Positions 1 to 12,960 of a stretch of 64,000 bases of DNA are shown one piece after another. Origin of the DNA: Amoeboaphelidium protococcarum X5 (lineage: Eukaryota; Fungi; Aphelidiomycota); NCBI GenBank assembly GCA_023515725.1, contig JALDTO010000266.1, positions 929,042 through 993,041 of the forward strand, given 5' to 3'. The notes under the pieces were generated by a model. That model was not told the DNA's origin and did not search any database. It worked only from the letters and a program-made list of their open reading frames with translations. Position 1 is the stretch's first letter; the number at the start of each line of letters is the position of its first letter. A program made the position numbers and the translations under genes.

Positions 1-2868
1 AAATCGCGAAGCATTGGCTGATATACACACTTCATGGTTGGGAGGAGGATTCCTTTATCACCAAGACCATTATTCAGGATCAGATTAGCTCCAATAGCGG
101 CTGGGATACCGACAGTCTTTGCCATGGCTGTATGACCAGCTGGATCACCATACTCAATCATGGAGATGGTATGTCTCTCTCTGACCGAATCTCCCTTCTA
201 GATTGTAAAGTCATGATGAAGTATGACCAAATCTCTCTCACCTTCTTGGTATATCAACTTTTACTGTAAAACTTCACATAAAGCATCCAATTTGGAATTT
301 TTGTTCGTAATTTTAAGATCATTGTTGAACAGTCCAAGCCATTTGAAAGCATCCACCACAGAGACTCTCTGGTTATCATGGATCTTGTTGGCGAATAATT
401 GATCTAGCGACTAAGCATCTGCAGACTTGAGACAATAATCCCAGAATGATGTCCAATCTTGAACTGAAGATGGAAGACGCTTTTAAATGTCCAACATACC
501 CAAATCTCTCACGCCACGCATCAACTCGCTAAATCCTCTGAATCTCAACGTTCCTCTGAACATTGTGTCCAAGTCAGAATCAACCAGGCCATAAGTCTTG
601 ATATACTTCATACTATCTCTGTTAGGAAGCACTTCAAGATTGAAGCCCTTATACAATTCAATACCTTCCGCATAATCTAAAATCGCACCACCTTCCCCAA
701 TCTTGACCAATTCTCCATCCATTCTATACTACGCCGGATTAAGAGCTGCTAGTAATACCCCACGTGGAGACCAACTGAATTTGTATCCAAACGGATTATC
801 TGAGCACTCGGGTGCAGGTAGACCGCCACAGACCGACTTGAAAGATGTGATTTTGTATCCTTGAGCCTTCACAGAATCAAAGAACTCCATAGCTAGCAGG
901 TGATCAATACCAGGATCGAGGCCGACTTCATTAAGAACAGATATTCCAGCTTAATCAATCTCTCCTCTCTTGGACTCAATCTAAGGTGACAGATAACTGG
1001 CAGTCACCATATTTCTCTTTGCAGATATACAAGCATCAAGCACTTGCGGATGAAACATTGCAGGCACCAAACTGATTGCAATATCATGTCTGTGCACCAA
1101 ATCATGGAGTTCTTGTGCATTGGATACATCTAAACCAGCAATCTGAACATTCTTGTATGGCTGCACAAGTTTCTGAGCTTCTTCCTGATTATTACTTGCA
1201 ATAGTGATATCAACATCGCCTTATTACTATAAGTAGTCAATCACGGGAGCGCATACTCTTCCAGATCCCAATATCAGTGCTTTTTTGGTCACTTTAATGT
1301 TCAATGCAGAATCAACTAGAGGCTTCAAATTCTAAAATCTAGAAACCAACTTTCCATTTTAAGCAATAGTAGCATTCTACATCACTTTATTGCTGCCTTT
1401 AGATAGATATTCCATTAACAGAGGTGTCAAATGAGTACTGAAATGCTAAGTTGCTTCAAATGGCATTTCCGCCGGCAGATTATCAATGGACATGACTGTA
1501 AACCCATCTTTACCAATGCCTGGAGTCTATTTTATCGTTGGCTTTGATGCATCAACCGTAAAGAATGGCTCATCAATAGTGGAAGCATGATCCATAAACT
1601 CCAGAGGCCCAGAAATGTCACAAGATATATCAGCTACAGCCAACATCTTCAAAGGGGCTGACTTTTATAGTTGATGCAATTAAGCATTAGTCAAGAGTCG
1701 TGGATAATTTTCATCCCAATAAGCACCATTTACAAGAACTGAAGTATGGGGTACAACTTTCTCGTGGAATACAGATCGATACGCCTTAGTACCTTGTGTT
1801 AGATAATCCTGCATATCAAACCGCTTACCTTGAGTGTTCACCAGATAATCCTCAGGCTTCAGCATAACTCCATAAATCTTGTCTCGTTTCAATTGATCTG
1901 CACCAGTCTTTAATAGCTACTCCAACGTAATCATCTAATGAGGTAGTTTTTGAAAGATTTACAATGCTCCCTACACCTATTATATTAAACGATGTGAAAA
2001 CGAGGTACTTAATAGCTCAGAATATATAAAAGTACATATATACCTTGGTCACGTTGCCAGCACCGGTAAACATAAAGATCAGAGGAACAAAATCTTTAGA
2101 TAGTCCACCTGAGGCGATCAATCTACCAGCAGCGGCAACTTGCTCTTCAGCCTGCTTCAGCTCATAATGATTGTAAGCTCTGGATATGTTCACAAACGGC
2201 GTATTATATCCATGAGACAATAACTTTAGTCCGAGACCATGAAGAATATCAATCATACCAGCGTATCCAGCATATTATCCAAAAGCTACCAATCTTCTTT
2301 ACTACTAGTCGACCAACAGTTCATAATCCATTAGATGAATATTCTACAATGAATGAAGTAATTAAATATCCCATCACAATATGAGTGAGTGTAAACACAA
2401 CAACATACCTTTTCTAGAACATTCTTTAGGAGTGGCATATTGTGCTTCTATCCCTTGTGCGTATGACTAAAGAACATGTATTACTTATTAGGAATCAGTT
2501 GCTTGGTGGGAACCTCCTTGATACCCAATATCAAATCAGCATCACTCAAATCATCCCTAACAATTGCACCAGCCTACAAATTATCACTAATAAGAAAACT
2601 GATATATAATGTAATGATAACGAGGAATAAAAAATACCTTGGAATACTCTTGATCAGTGAAAATTCTCTTATTGCAAGGTTGAATGAGCACTTTCGAATG
2701 TTTACTCAATTCTGAGACAGCCTGAGGAGTCAGTGGTGAGCGCCGTTCCCACTTTCCCTTATCCTCCCTCCTGATACCAATAGATTTGAACCTCTTCTAA
2801 GAATACTGTAACTATTTCACTGCATTACCAGCATTAATTCGCATTGACAAGGATTGTTTCAACATCAT
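1..2868 (-). CDS. AASS: Bifunctional lysine-ketoglutarate reductase/saccharopine dehydrogenase (alpha-aminoadipic semialdehyde synthase); several short introns; 3' end runs off the window
   Basis: TAR=Gln translation gives [94 protein letters not shown] and [13 protein letters not shown]. Example GT-AG intron at 2574-2637. Confidence 0.92.
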
Positions 2869-3480
2869 GATGTATACGTCCGTTAGACACTGCTCGCCGA
2901 GAAGAATCAAGGTTCGGGAATAATGAACAGCCCAGATGGGCAAGTTTTAGGCGACAGTTGTCGTTCGAAACCACCGCCACTTCGGTCTATCTCTGTTTCA
3001 GCAAGCAAGACCTTTCCCGCCCGGGTAAAACATTGCTGCCGAGTATATGCGCCGCGCTGATCACAATCAACTACCTCCTCCCTGTTAGTTGTTGTGTCGG
3101 CACTTTTTATGCTGCAATTGAAGATCATCGCGTTGGTGTGTGTGTCATAATCTCGTGTGAACTTTGGTAGCCACTTATAATGTTCTTCTATTCAACTCTT
3201 ACGCGAAGTACATATATGTACACAGTATACATTTCTATATATGCTATGCAATGTACAGTAATTACTGTATGATCAAGCGCCGAGTCGGAAAATCAAGTCT
3301 AAAAATAGCCGCCACTACGCAATGCAGAAAAAAGCATATCATGATTACTGTACATCATCTGGCTGTTACAAGATGCATTGCCTTTACTCATATTATCTTT
3401 TCTTACTCATTGTTAAAAATAAATTGTATATAAAGTGCATATTTAAAACCCAAATACTGCTTCTGGTTTGTTGAAAGGGA

Positions 3481-6318
3481 ATGATCATCTAGAATTTCAT
3501 TGGGATATTATAGGCTCTTCTGTTGCTGGTAGTGAATGGACAATTTCCTGTAAACACTGGTGGAATCAGGACTTTATTTGCATCAAATGAAAGAGGGACT
3601 TTATATGGTGTTGCCATCACCTCTGATCAGTTGTTGGTAATGTCGGTCGATGCTATCACTGGGTCATTCAATATTATGCGTAATTTCCTTATCGGAAGCA
3701 ATACGAATGTGGCAATCCCCAATGTAGCATTAAATAAGAATGCTACAACTTTGTACGTCTTTGGCCATACAATCAATAAGGTAGACTCTCTATGTAATCC
3801 TGCTAATTGCGCAAGGAACAGTGTATTCATGATAATTATAGATATTGCGACGTTTAATAGCACTTTTGCTTATGGTCCCTCTGATAACCTCTCGTTAAAG
3901 TACACTGTTTATGGCGGTGCAGTTAACTCGGTTACCGATAACGCTTATCTGATCTATGGCTCAGAATCACTCTATTTTTTAATCTATTGCTATTTTAATG
4001 CAAGGATTCTGACTTATAGTCCTAATACTAAGAGCTATTCTAATGTTGGAGGGAAAAGTCTAATTACTGTATGCGGTTATGGGGGATCAGCTCTTATCAG
4101 TCAGACATCTTCTGATCAAATGGTGTATTACTTGTCTGTGTAAACAAATGAAGGTGAACTTCGTTATGATTTCATTTAATTTGACGGTAGAACTAGTAAT
4201 TAATAGCTCTCTGGCTCGCCACCATTTTTCACGGCGTTTGGTTATTCCTAGTATTTTAACTAATCGGTCGGCTTAATCTGGTAAAATGGTGCTAATCTGT
4301 TGCAATACTATGCTCCTAATAAGTATGAGCTGCGGTCAAATTTCTCTCTACCTTCATATTTGAATACTTCAGTAGTCCCATCATCCTTGTCCTATAGTGA
4401 AAAGTACGTCATATTTGCCAGTACTAATGGGTGGTTAGTTTTTGTAAATCAGACGGGCACCATTGGATATAATGTATCTACTGGACTTTCGAATATTATC
4501 TCTACTGCATATGACCCTGCTACAGGATTCATGTATCTATCCACTGTATCATAGATAGTCTAATTGCCTTTACCTGCATTGTTGATGGGTCCGAGGATTA
4601 TCACCACCACTACGCCGACAACGACAACTACCACCACGACAACTACCACCACGACAACAACAACTACTACTACTAGTACAAAGACTAGTTCCTCGACCAT
4701 CACGTCATCTACAGTAACACCTTCTACCGCGATGACGACTACGAAGGCATCTACGGCGACGACCACTACCACTACTACCACCAGCACAACGACTACTACC
4801 TCCACGCCTACTACTTCGACATCGACCACCACCACCACAACATCCACTACGACGACGACTATCTCAACTCTTACTAGCACTTTGGTGCTTACCAGTTCAT
4901 TATCATCTGTACTTCCGGCTACTAGCATTGTTATTTCCACATCATTGTACAATGTCAGTGATGTGTCTGCTTCCGTATATACTGGACTGGAATCTGTTAT
5001 ATCGCCCTCATTCAGAAAGACGTCTTTTATCACGTTCGCGTTAAGCCATACTCCTTATAGTTCTTCCTTCCTGGCTACCACGTCTCTCAATGAAGACGTA
5101 GCGGGACAAATCTAGCCTGGTACTTAGTTCTCTATGATGACATTATATATAATAGTTATTGCTGTAGTTTGTGTTGTAATCGTGGCACTGGTTTTGCTGA
5201 CTATGTATTGCATCAGGCGAAGATACATTAAAACTCGCATGAGATCATCCCAGGCACTGCTATCAAAGAATAATGGAGGTATGACTGATCAAGTATTTGA
5301 TACGGCGAATTTTTTGGTGACGTAAATTGGAGGTACAGCGCTGAGTGGTACAACCTTTATGAACACATCAATGGAAGTTGCAGTGCCTGCATATTTGGAG
5401 TTGAAACGTGATCTGAACTTCAGGATGGTACCTAACTCGTTTGTCAACAAGGGCGGATAAGCTGAGATTTAGATTGCTGATATATTTTATTATCCGCTTG
5501 GACATCCTTTTGCTGCGAGCGGTGAATAATTTGTGGCTGCTAAATGTTTCATTGGTGACATCAAGAGAGACAGTGTCAAGTAGGAGATTGCTTTAATATG
5601 GAGATTTAAAGATTACGATCAGATTGCAAAGTTGATAGGATTTGATAGCCAGCAGAACATATTGCTTATGATCAATTACTAACTAGGCTCTTTGGAATCT
5701 CTCATTCAAAGTCAGACTCAGTATGCTCAGTAAGTCGACTTCTCTTTCCAGTTGTAGTAAATTCTTTGCCTGGATGTTATCACAGCTTTGACTATCCTGC
5801 ACCAGAATGCCGTAGTTCACAATGACATCAAGTCTGGCAACTACTTATTGTATTAAGATGTCAATGGGTTTTTGCGGGCTGCTTTGACCGATTTTGGTAT
5901 TTGTACCCTCCAATCGCAGGCCATCTATGTTTAAGGCATCCAATGGAATAGGCTTCAAGGTCACTCTGTCATGTATGCTGCACCAGAAGTTTTGTCCAGA
6001 TCGTAGGTACCCGATTAGCTTCTCCCTGCTAGAGATGTTTATGCTGGCGCTGTGGTGATGTTTGAGATTTTGGCGCGTAGAAAGGCATGGGCTGGCTACA
6101 AAGCAGCTCAAGTCTCTGAAATGGTACTGAGTGGGTAAAGACCGGAAGCCAAAGTTCTGGATGATCGTGCACAAATGCTCCTTTAGGTGATTTAACTAGC
6201 CTGGGCTTAAGATCCTTCCATGAGGCCTTCCGCTGCATAGGTGGTTAGTGAGCTGTAGAATTTGCATAATTTTAAAAATAATGATGATAGAGTGATATAG
6301 TAATTAGATTATTAGTGA
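3481..6318 (+). CDS. Receptor-like protein kinase: signal peptide, ~360 aa ectodomain, Thr/Ser mucin stalk, single TM helix, TKL-type kinase domain
   Basis: One intronless frame under TAR=Gln. Leader MIIQNFIGILQALLLLVVNG; poly-Thr at 4600-4880; TM IIVIAVVCVVIVALVLLTMYCIRRR; kinase motifs VAAK, VHNDIKSGNYLL, TDFG, YAAPE, DVYA, DPSMRPSA; ends at TGA. Confidence 0.9.
4603..4880 (+). repeat. ACN-codon low-complexity repeat encoding the poly-Thr mucin stalk
   Basis: Runs of acc/acg/aca/act codons. Confidence 0.9.
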
Positions 6319-6344
6319 TTTTTGTGTGTTGGATTTAAACTATT

Positions 6345-6941
6345 TCATGATTGAATACGCAATTCATATGCATAATATCCATCTTTATCCATCAGAGAAT
6401 ATTCATTCCGAGCCATCTTGGATATCTGCAAACGATTGATAGACACTTCGCCCAACTCGAAATCTTTATGCAAAGTCATCAGTTCCGTAGCATCAAATGG
6501 CCTGTTGTCAGCGTACTTGACATTGATCAAAGTCATGTGCAGTTTCAGCTCTTCAAAGGCAAAGCGCGTCGCTAATCCTTCGCAAATGTACCGATTCAAC
6601 AGATCCTTTAACATGGTCTCTAACAATTAATCAGGACATTGTACATTCATATAAACAACCTTGGCAGATTTCATTGTTCCCTTCATTAGGTGAATACCCT
6701 GCAATTTAACGCAAATGTCAGCTGGTAGTTGAAACTCACGTAGTACGCGCTTACACCTTTCCAATTTGTCAGCATCTTGAAGATTAAACATCCCCAAAGT
6801 CAAATGCAATCTATTCCAAGGGAGAATCGCGTTATCAGGTACTCCGAGAGACTTCATCTAAGTCACCAGCTTACTATGGGACTCGGCAATGCAGTCATAA
6901 TTCAATGGAATAGAGAGAAAATGTGTCCATTATCTTCGCAT
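6345..6941 (-). CDS. 2H phosphoesterase, AKAP7/ASCC1-like
   Basis: WTHFLSIPL plus two HxT motifs (LHLTL, LHMTLINVKY); PFDATELM; start codon uncertain. Confidence 0.8.
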
Positions 6942-7161
6942 ATTTGACACTCTATATTTAAAACGACTTGCTGTGATAACAAAAGGATTAGTTTGGAATT
7001 AGATTTCCGTGTCATTCATTATCTAATGAAGATGCGATAAGTCAACGTTTCAGCTTTGTTCCAAGTACCATAAACGATAAAACAGACAAAAAGAGAACTT
7101 CGAGATGGCTAAAGATGCAATATATACTAATCTATAAACAAGCTACTATATGCAAGAACTG

Positions 7162-8925
7162 TCAAACGAATAGAATGGAAATCCTTCTAATCCAGTTGCC
7201 AAAACGGGCTGTGACGCCTTTAGTGCCTCCCAACAACTAATCCCTGGTCGTGGCACCAAATGTCTATGCCAATTCCTGATCACCTTCCAGAACGACGCGT
7301 AAGAGCCCATTCCGCGCCTTGTCAAAGTAGGTCACAGTAATGTATTGAAAATGCTCACTGAAAACCAATTATTCTCGTACTATAGACTCCCATTACTTGA
7401 TAATTTCTATGAACAGGTCCAGAGTCCATACTATGATATTGTATCGCTTTATAGGCAAGTCTAAAACTAATCTAAATTTCTAGATCCACTACTACCAAAT
7501 AACCATTTCTTTGCATTCCACCGACATATCCTCAAAAGGTAAAGCCTAGATACCTTATGGCAAACTTTTTATAGTATTCTTTATTTTCCACCTATTTACT
7601 TCGGCTTATTGAATATCCATAGAGCGAAACTTCAAATTCAACGGGGCAAGGCCATTTTGCAGAATCTCAGTCAAATAATGGTCAATCACTATGTCATTTT
7701 TTATTAGTCGCAGAAATCCATTCTGATCCAGTCTTTAGATAATAATAGTTTCAAACCCGTGGAAGTCAATAAAGTTATCGCGTGGAATAATATTACGCCA
7801 AAAATCCCCATAAACTGATCGGGCATGATCGACCCAATGCCTATCACTTAGATGATGATCATTAAATCGGAATCTAAATTCAAATCTAAACTTCAAGTCT
7901 TTCTCCAATGACAAAGACCGCAACTCAGCAACAAGCTTCTTTATTATTAAGGCATATGTCGCAGCATTTTTTCTATAAGTATTAAGAAACATCCACTGAA
8001 ATCTAAATCTCACCAATCTGGTATGGGAAAGCTGCGTACCCTGCTTAAATCTTATATTGCCATAATTGGAGTCCTAAGCTAAAGATTCTAGCATATATGA
8101 CGAGACTTCCAATTCCAAGACTCTATGTGATTCTATAGTTTAGAACTTATGAGATATAGGACTCAAAGACTACTATTTCAGCCAAAAAGCGTGCAGATTA
8201 CCTCGTATAATGGATCCCCAATTAGACGGATATTACTCATCTACATTGACACCCAAATAAGTAACGCCAGACTTTTGCTGGACAATATAGGTAGTTCCAA
8301 CTAAATCAGCTCTAAATATACGCTTCTGTCTAAATTACAACTAATCCAGAACGCGTAAATAAGACTTATCCTAACGCGACAATAAATATCCTTTGCATTG
8401 GAAGCTGACAAAAAAATCTTAATATGCTTCTGCTGGGAATTTCTTCGTGCTTTCAGACAATAGCTTTATAATTTAGATCTACAACTTAGTCAGAATACTG
8501 TTGTAAGAACCGTCACCCTAAGCTAGGATAGTTATCCTATTTTAAAGAATCAAATCCTATCCATACCGAGTAATGCTTTAGATTGGAGAATCATCCTAAG
8601 GCCAACGAATCTTGAACAGCAGCATATACACACTCGCTCTGAATTCCATAGACAGACACCACACTGACCAGTCCGGCTCTAATTATAACGATAGTCTCAA
8701 GGTGTTTTTATCAACAGAAAATAGGCGTCTGAGATGCCCACAATGCTATTTGACGCGATGGAAATAATGCAGTGGATCCTCAGTAGCTAGGAGTGTTGGA
8801 CGTCTCGGTATCACTCGTTGAAGAATATCGCGGCCTTAAGCATCATCAAGAAGTCGTAGATAAGTCTGAGAGCCCTTCACTAAATGAAGCAATAAGGCAA
8901 TGCATTTGACCAGCACTAGCCGCAT
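7162..8925 (-). CDS. Putative secreted protein of unknown family (587 aa)
   Basis: Open frame under TAR=Gln with leader MRLVLVKCIALLLHLVKG; the C-terminal block is shared with the adjacent paralog. Confidence 0.75.
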
Positions 8926-9102
8926 GTTGATAGCAGAAGATTAATGCGGCGCGGATGAAAGGAGGAAAACATCTGAATAAGATCCCCTGAGTAAAAAAGT
9001 TATTGTAAACAATATCTTCTCAGGTCACTCACTACTACTGCTCTATCAAAATTCTCACTATTGAAGAAGCACAAGAATTTAAAAATTTAACTCAGATAAT
9101 AT

Positions 9103-9844
9103 TCAAAAATTCATTATTGATCTACCCACGCGATATATCCAGCTTATCCAGCTTTCTGAATAAGGTTTAAACTCTTCTTCTTCAATAGCACCAAAATCGC
9201 CATGTAGATATTAATCTCTGGTGAGTGCACCGAACTGTTAAGCCAACTCTATGTCACCTTCCAATACGACGCGAAAATATCTATTCTTTTTCGTATCAAA
9301 GTGGCTCGCAATAATATATTCGAAGTGAGCACTATACGTCAACTAATCGCGCAATGCAGTACCCCATTCGGTAATTATTGTATTAAAATTGTCCTCACTA
9401 CCACTCACCACTATGTTATACCGCTTAATTGGGAGTGGAGTGATTAATCGCATTTGGCGACTCAAGCGTCTCCAAGTCGGCCCTAAGGGAAATTCAACGT
9501 ACATATCTTCAAATGGAATAGCTTAAGCCTTCTAAGGAAGCCTGTCTATAGCTCTCAACATTGATTATTAAAACTTTGTGACTTAATTGAATTTTACGAC
9601 GTTGGAATTACGCTTAATCTAGATGCTGTCATCCATTTATAATCGCCTCAAACTATAATCTTGAACTACATTTATCATTCGGGACATATTCGTAATGTCC
9701 GTTAGCAGTAAGTCTCTCGATGAACACGACTTCGTTCGTATTCACTTTCATGTATTTATCCTGCATGATAACATTAGATACAAAGTTTATACTGTATATA
9801 CTTTTTAAGCCTACGGAGACCTGAGTCTTACTCGCTTTGTTTGT
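9103..9844 (-). pseudogene. 5'-truncated, frameshifted paralog of the 7162-8925 secreted protein
   Basis: Shares LPQxxQAxPFEDMxVE, LPIKRYNIxV and RVVLEGDxELAQxFGAxTRDQ; +1 frameshift near 9670; upstream TGA at 9845-9847. Confidence 0.75.
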
Positions 9845-10099
9845 TCAGTGTGATTGGGTCCGATCGGTCTTGGGACTCGCCCAGCAAACTCGCGACTCGT
9901 CCTTGGTTTATTTAAAACAAAATCGTCGCGAAGCTATTGACCACTACTGTGGAAAAAAGTAGTTTGCAAATCGGGACGATTAGTGCTGCGCCACTATGTC
10001 ATCCTATCTCGCTGGTTGATTTAAAATCACCCCTTAGTTTCCTCAGTTGACATCCTTAGAAGATAATCTCTTATGGAACACAATGTTTCTATTCGTCAC

Positions 10100-11238
10100 T
10101 CATTTCAAATAAACCACACCTAGAAACCGCGGAAATAGGATCTTATCATGTCTCCGCAGCACCACGACTTGAGACGCAGTGCCGCTAAGTGGCTCGGAAC
10201 ACGATTGAATAGCTTTATAATTTCTTGTTACGGGTCCTTCAACTACATCATAATCTTCGGACAAAAAGGAGGATAGCCTATCTCTGCCCGCTTCTGATCA
10301 TTAAAAATGCAGATATGTTACTTAACCAATATCTTCCACGAATCCCCATACACGTGATAATTCTCCAAGTCATCTACTTGAGACCAATCGAACACCAGTA
10401 TTGCCTGTCCTCCTGACTTATATTTGCTTATATGCTTAAATACATGTTCTAAACTGTAAGAGCAATAGATTCCATCCCACAGCTCGTTGGGGTTTTCATA
10501 TTACGAAGACAAATACTAGAAACCATACCCCACCTATTTAATGACTAGCGCAGAATTCACAACACCATGATAAAGCAATTTAGATGAGTCTAATTCATCT
10601 CGCAATTGTTGAGTAACGGCGGAGATCTGTTTCAGATCTTGAGGGCATCGAATCGCGTGTATCGTCGTTTCGGCTCGATCTCCGCGTGCACCAACAAATA
10701 ACTCTCCCAATTTGAATGCCTTTAACTATGATGATACTGCGACAGGCACGAATCCAGATGGTATTTGTTTGCCATGTATTCCTCTTTCAGTAGCCATCTA
10801 AAAGAGGTGAGCATTTTCGTCGCGTCCCTCTGGGATAACCACCTCGACCATATCTTGTGCAAAAGCCAGAGCAACATCAGTTGACACGCGAAAGTTCTCC
10901 TGAAATAATAGCTAGATTCTTTACTTTCTTTATTATTATTATTATTAGTATGAATCCATATATAAAGAAATATTAGGAATGGATGTTATCAGAGCACCAT
11001 CTCCAGGCTCTTTCTATTCAGCACTCTTTGATTGGTTCATTTCGAAATGGATACAATCCAAGTTGAAACATTGATTGGTCAAAAGACTCGTAAATATTTA
11101 TTCTGGTTCCGGTTGAATTCCTCTGATTGCTAACACTGAAACAGACAATGGTGTCGTTATAAAAGATCCAAATTTATACCGTGCGCACTCAATTAATGGT
11201 GCTGCATATACAGTAGTATGAGACAAAAGTGGGAACAT
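10100..11238 (-). CDS. Protein with C-terminal ADP-ribosyltransferase-like (DUF3990-like) domain; apparent frameshift near 10265; start uncertain
   Basis: KLLYHGV...ELWDGIYCSYSLEH...ILVFDW...WKILVK, then after a 1-nt shift in an A-run SEDYDVVEGPV...SQVVV. Confidence 0.5.
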
Positions 11239-11368
11239 ATATCTTTCATAATTTAACTCGATAGCAATAAAAGCCTTCAACTTAAAGTAAAAGTGTTATT
11301 TAATGTTAATGCTAAATGAACATGGGAATATATATATATATATATGTATATATATATTTCAAGTAACT

Positions 11369-12829
11369 TCATTCAAAATTTACCAGTTTCCCCTTAACGT
11401 ACACATCTTTTATTGGAGAATCAACCATTTCATAGACAATATGGCGCCAATCTATGTGATCTACAACTACAAAATTAGCCCACTTGTCCTTTTCAATTGA
11501 ACCATGCAAGTCACTTTTATTGAGCGCGTATGCAGCATTGATAGTGCTGGCATTCAAAACCTCAGCCAGAGTCATACGCATAATCACACAAGACAAATTC
11601 ATAACAAACGGCATCGACAAACAGTGCTACATTAATAGACATTATGAATCAGAACGTAAGATTTAATGTATAGTTTACCGCATTAGGATTAAAATCGCTT
11701 CCCAGGGCTACGATGATACCGCGATCAATCATCGATCTGGCAGGAGGTGGTGTGATCCGCAGTATGTGAGCCGTTGTTGGTAGAAGTACTGCAGCGCAAT
11801 CAGACTTTGCCATTGCCTGTATACCATCTTCACTAATCTACATTCTCAAACAATAACGGCTGAACAATCATTGAAAAAATAATTTGAGTTCATTAAAACG
11901 TACTTACCTCCTCTAAGTGGCTAATAGCGCGAGAACCAATGGAGGCACCATATTCAGCAGCACCGACGTAGTTGAGCTCATCGCCATGAAAGTTCAACTG
12001 TAGGCCAGCTTATTTACCAGCCAGCAATAACTACTTAGCTTCATCACCTTCAAATACGTTTCGCTCCATAAAGATATCAAAGTTGTCGCATTACACTGCA
12101 CCGCTCTTGATTTGAGACAACAGTTGCGGTAGCTGCTTCTCAATGACATTGCGGGTGGCATCTTTACTAGTCAATCCTTTCGGGACAGAGTGGGCACCAA
12201 GAAATGTGGGAGATATTGCAATCTGATGCAACTGATTAGCTCTGGTCAAGACACGCAGCATTTTTAGCTCAGTCTCAGTCTCAAGACCGTAGCCACTCTT
12301 CGCCTCAACTAGCGTAGTGCCCTGCTTCAACATTCGATCCAGCCTGGGCATTAGAAGTTGAAGCAATTCATCCTCTGTAGCCTGACGCGTCTTCTCAACA
12401 GTGAATTGAATACCACCGCCAGCCTGATGTATGTCCATATAAGTCGCACCGGCAATCTTCATCTCAAACTCATGAACGCGATCACCAGCGAAAACGGGGT
12501 GCGTATGAGCATCTACCAAGCCTGGTATAAGGACTTTACCTCGCATATCCACAGTCTAATCAAAAGCAGCATTCATGTACCAGTCTTACTTCTGCAAATT
12601 AGCTTCAGTGTCCACAGCAAAAATCTTACCATCATTGTCCACCACCACTGTTGCATTCAAAAGCAGGCCCACCTACATTAACCAAGGTTACATGAATTCA
12701 ATTCGCCAATACAATTCACATCAACAAACATACATCATTCATCTCTGCTTTACCGCGCTTATATTATTTTCCATCGCTGCATATAGTCACTACTTGGTCA
12801 GCATTCCAAAATCTTAATGGGAACTTCAT
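11369..12829 (-). CDS. AMDHD1: Imidazolonepropionase (HutI/AMDHD1); short introns
   Basis: PGLVDAHTHPVFAGDRVHEF, GGGIQFTV, GTTLVEAKSGYGL, TFLGAH, FHGDEL, GSDFNPNAHC, TINAAYAL. Confidence 0.93.
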
Positions 12830-12960
12830 TTTACGGATGTTGATTGAATAAAAGTTTGAAGACGCGAGTGGTGAATCTACAAAAGTGCTACGTATGAAAA
12901 GTCAACAAGAAAATTATTGATCAATATACAAAGCCATTGTTTCAACTATTTCAAATGAAT

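Noticed and set aside
4560-5033. Val-rich minus-strand ORF
   Set aside because: It is the antisense shadow of the poly-Thr stalk of the receptor kinase.
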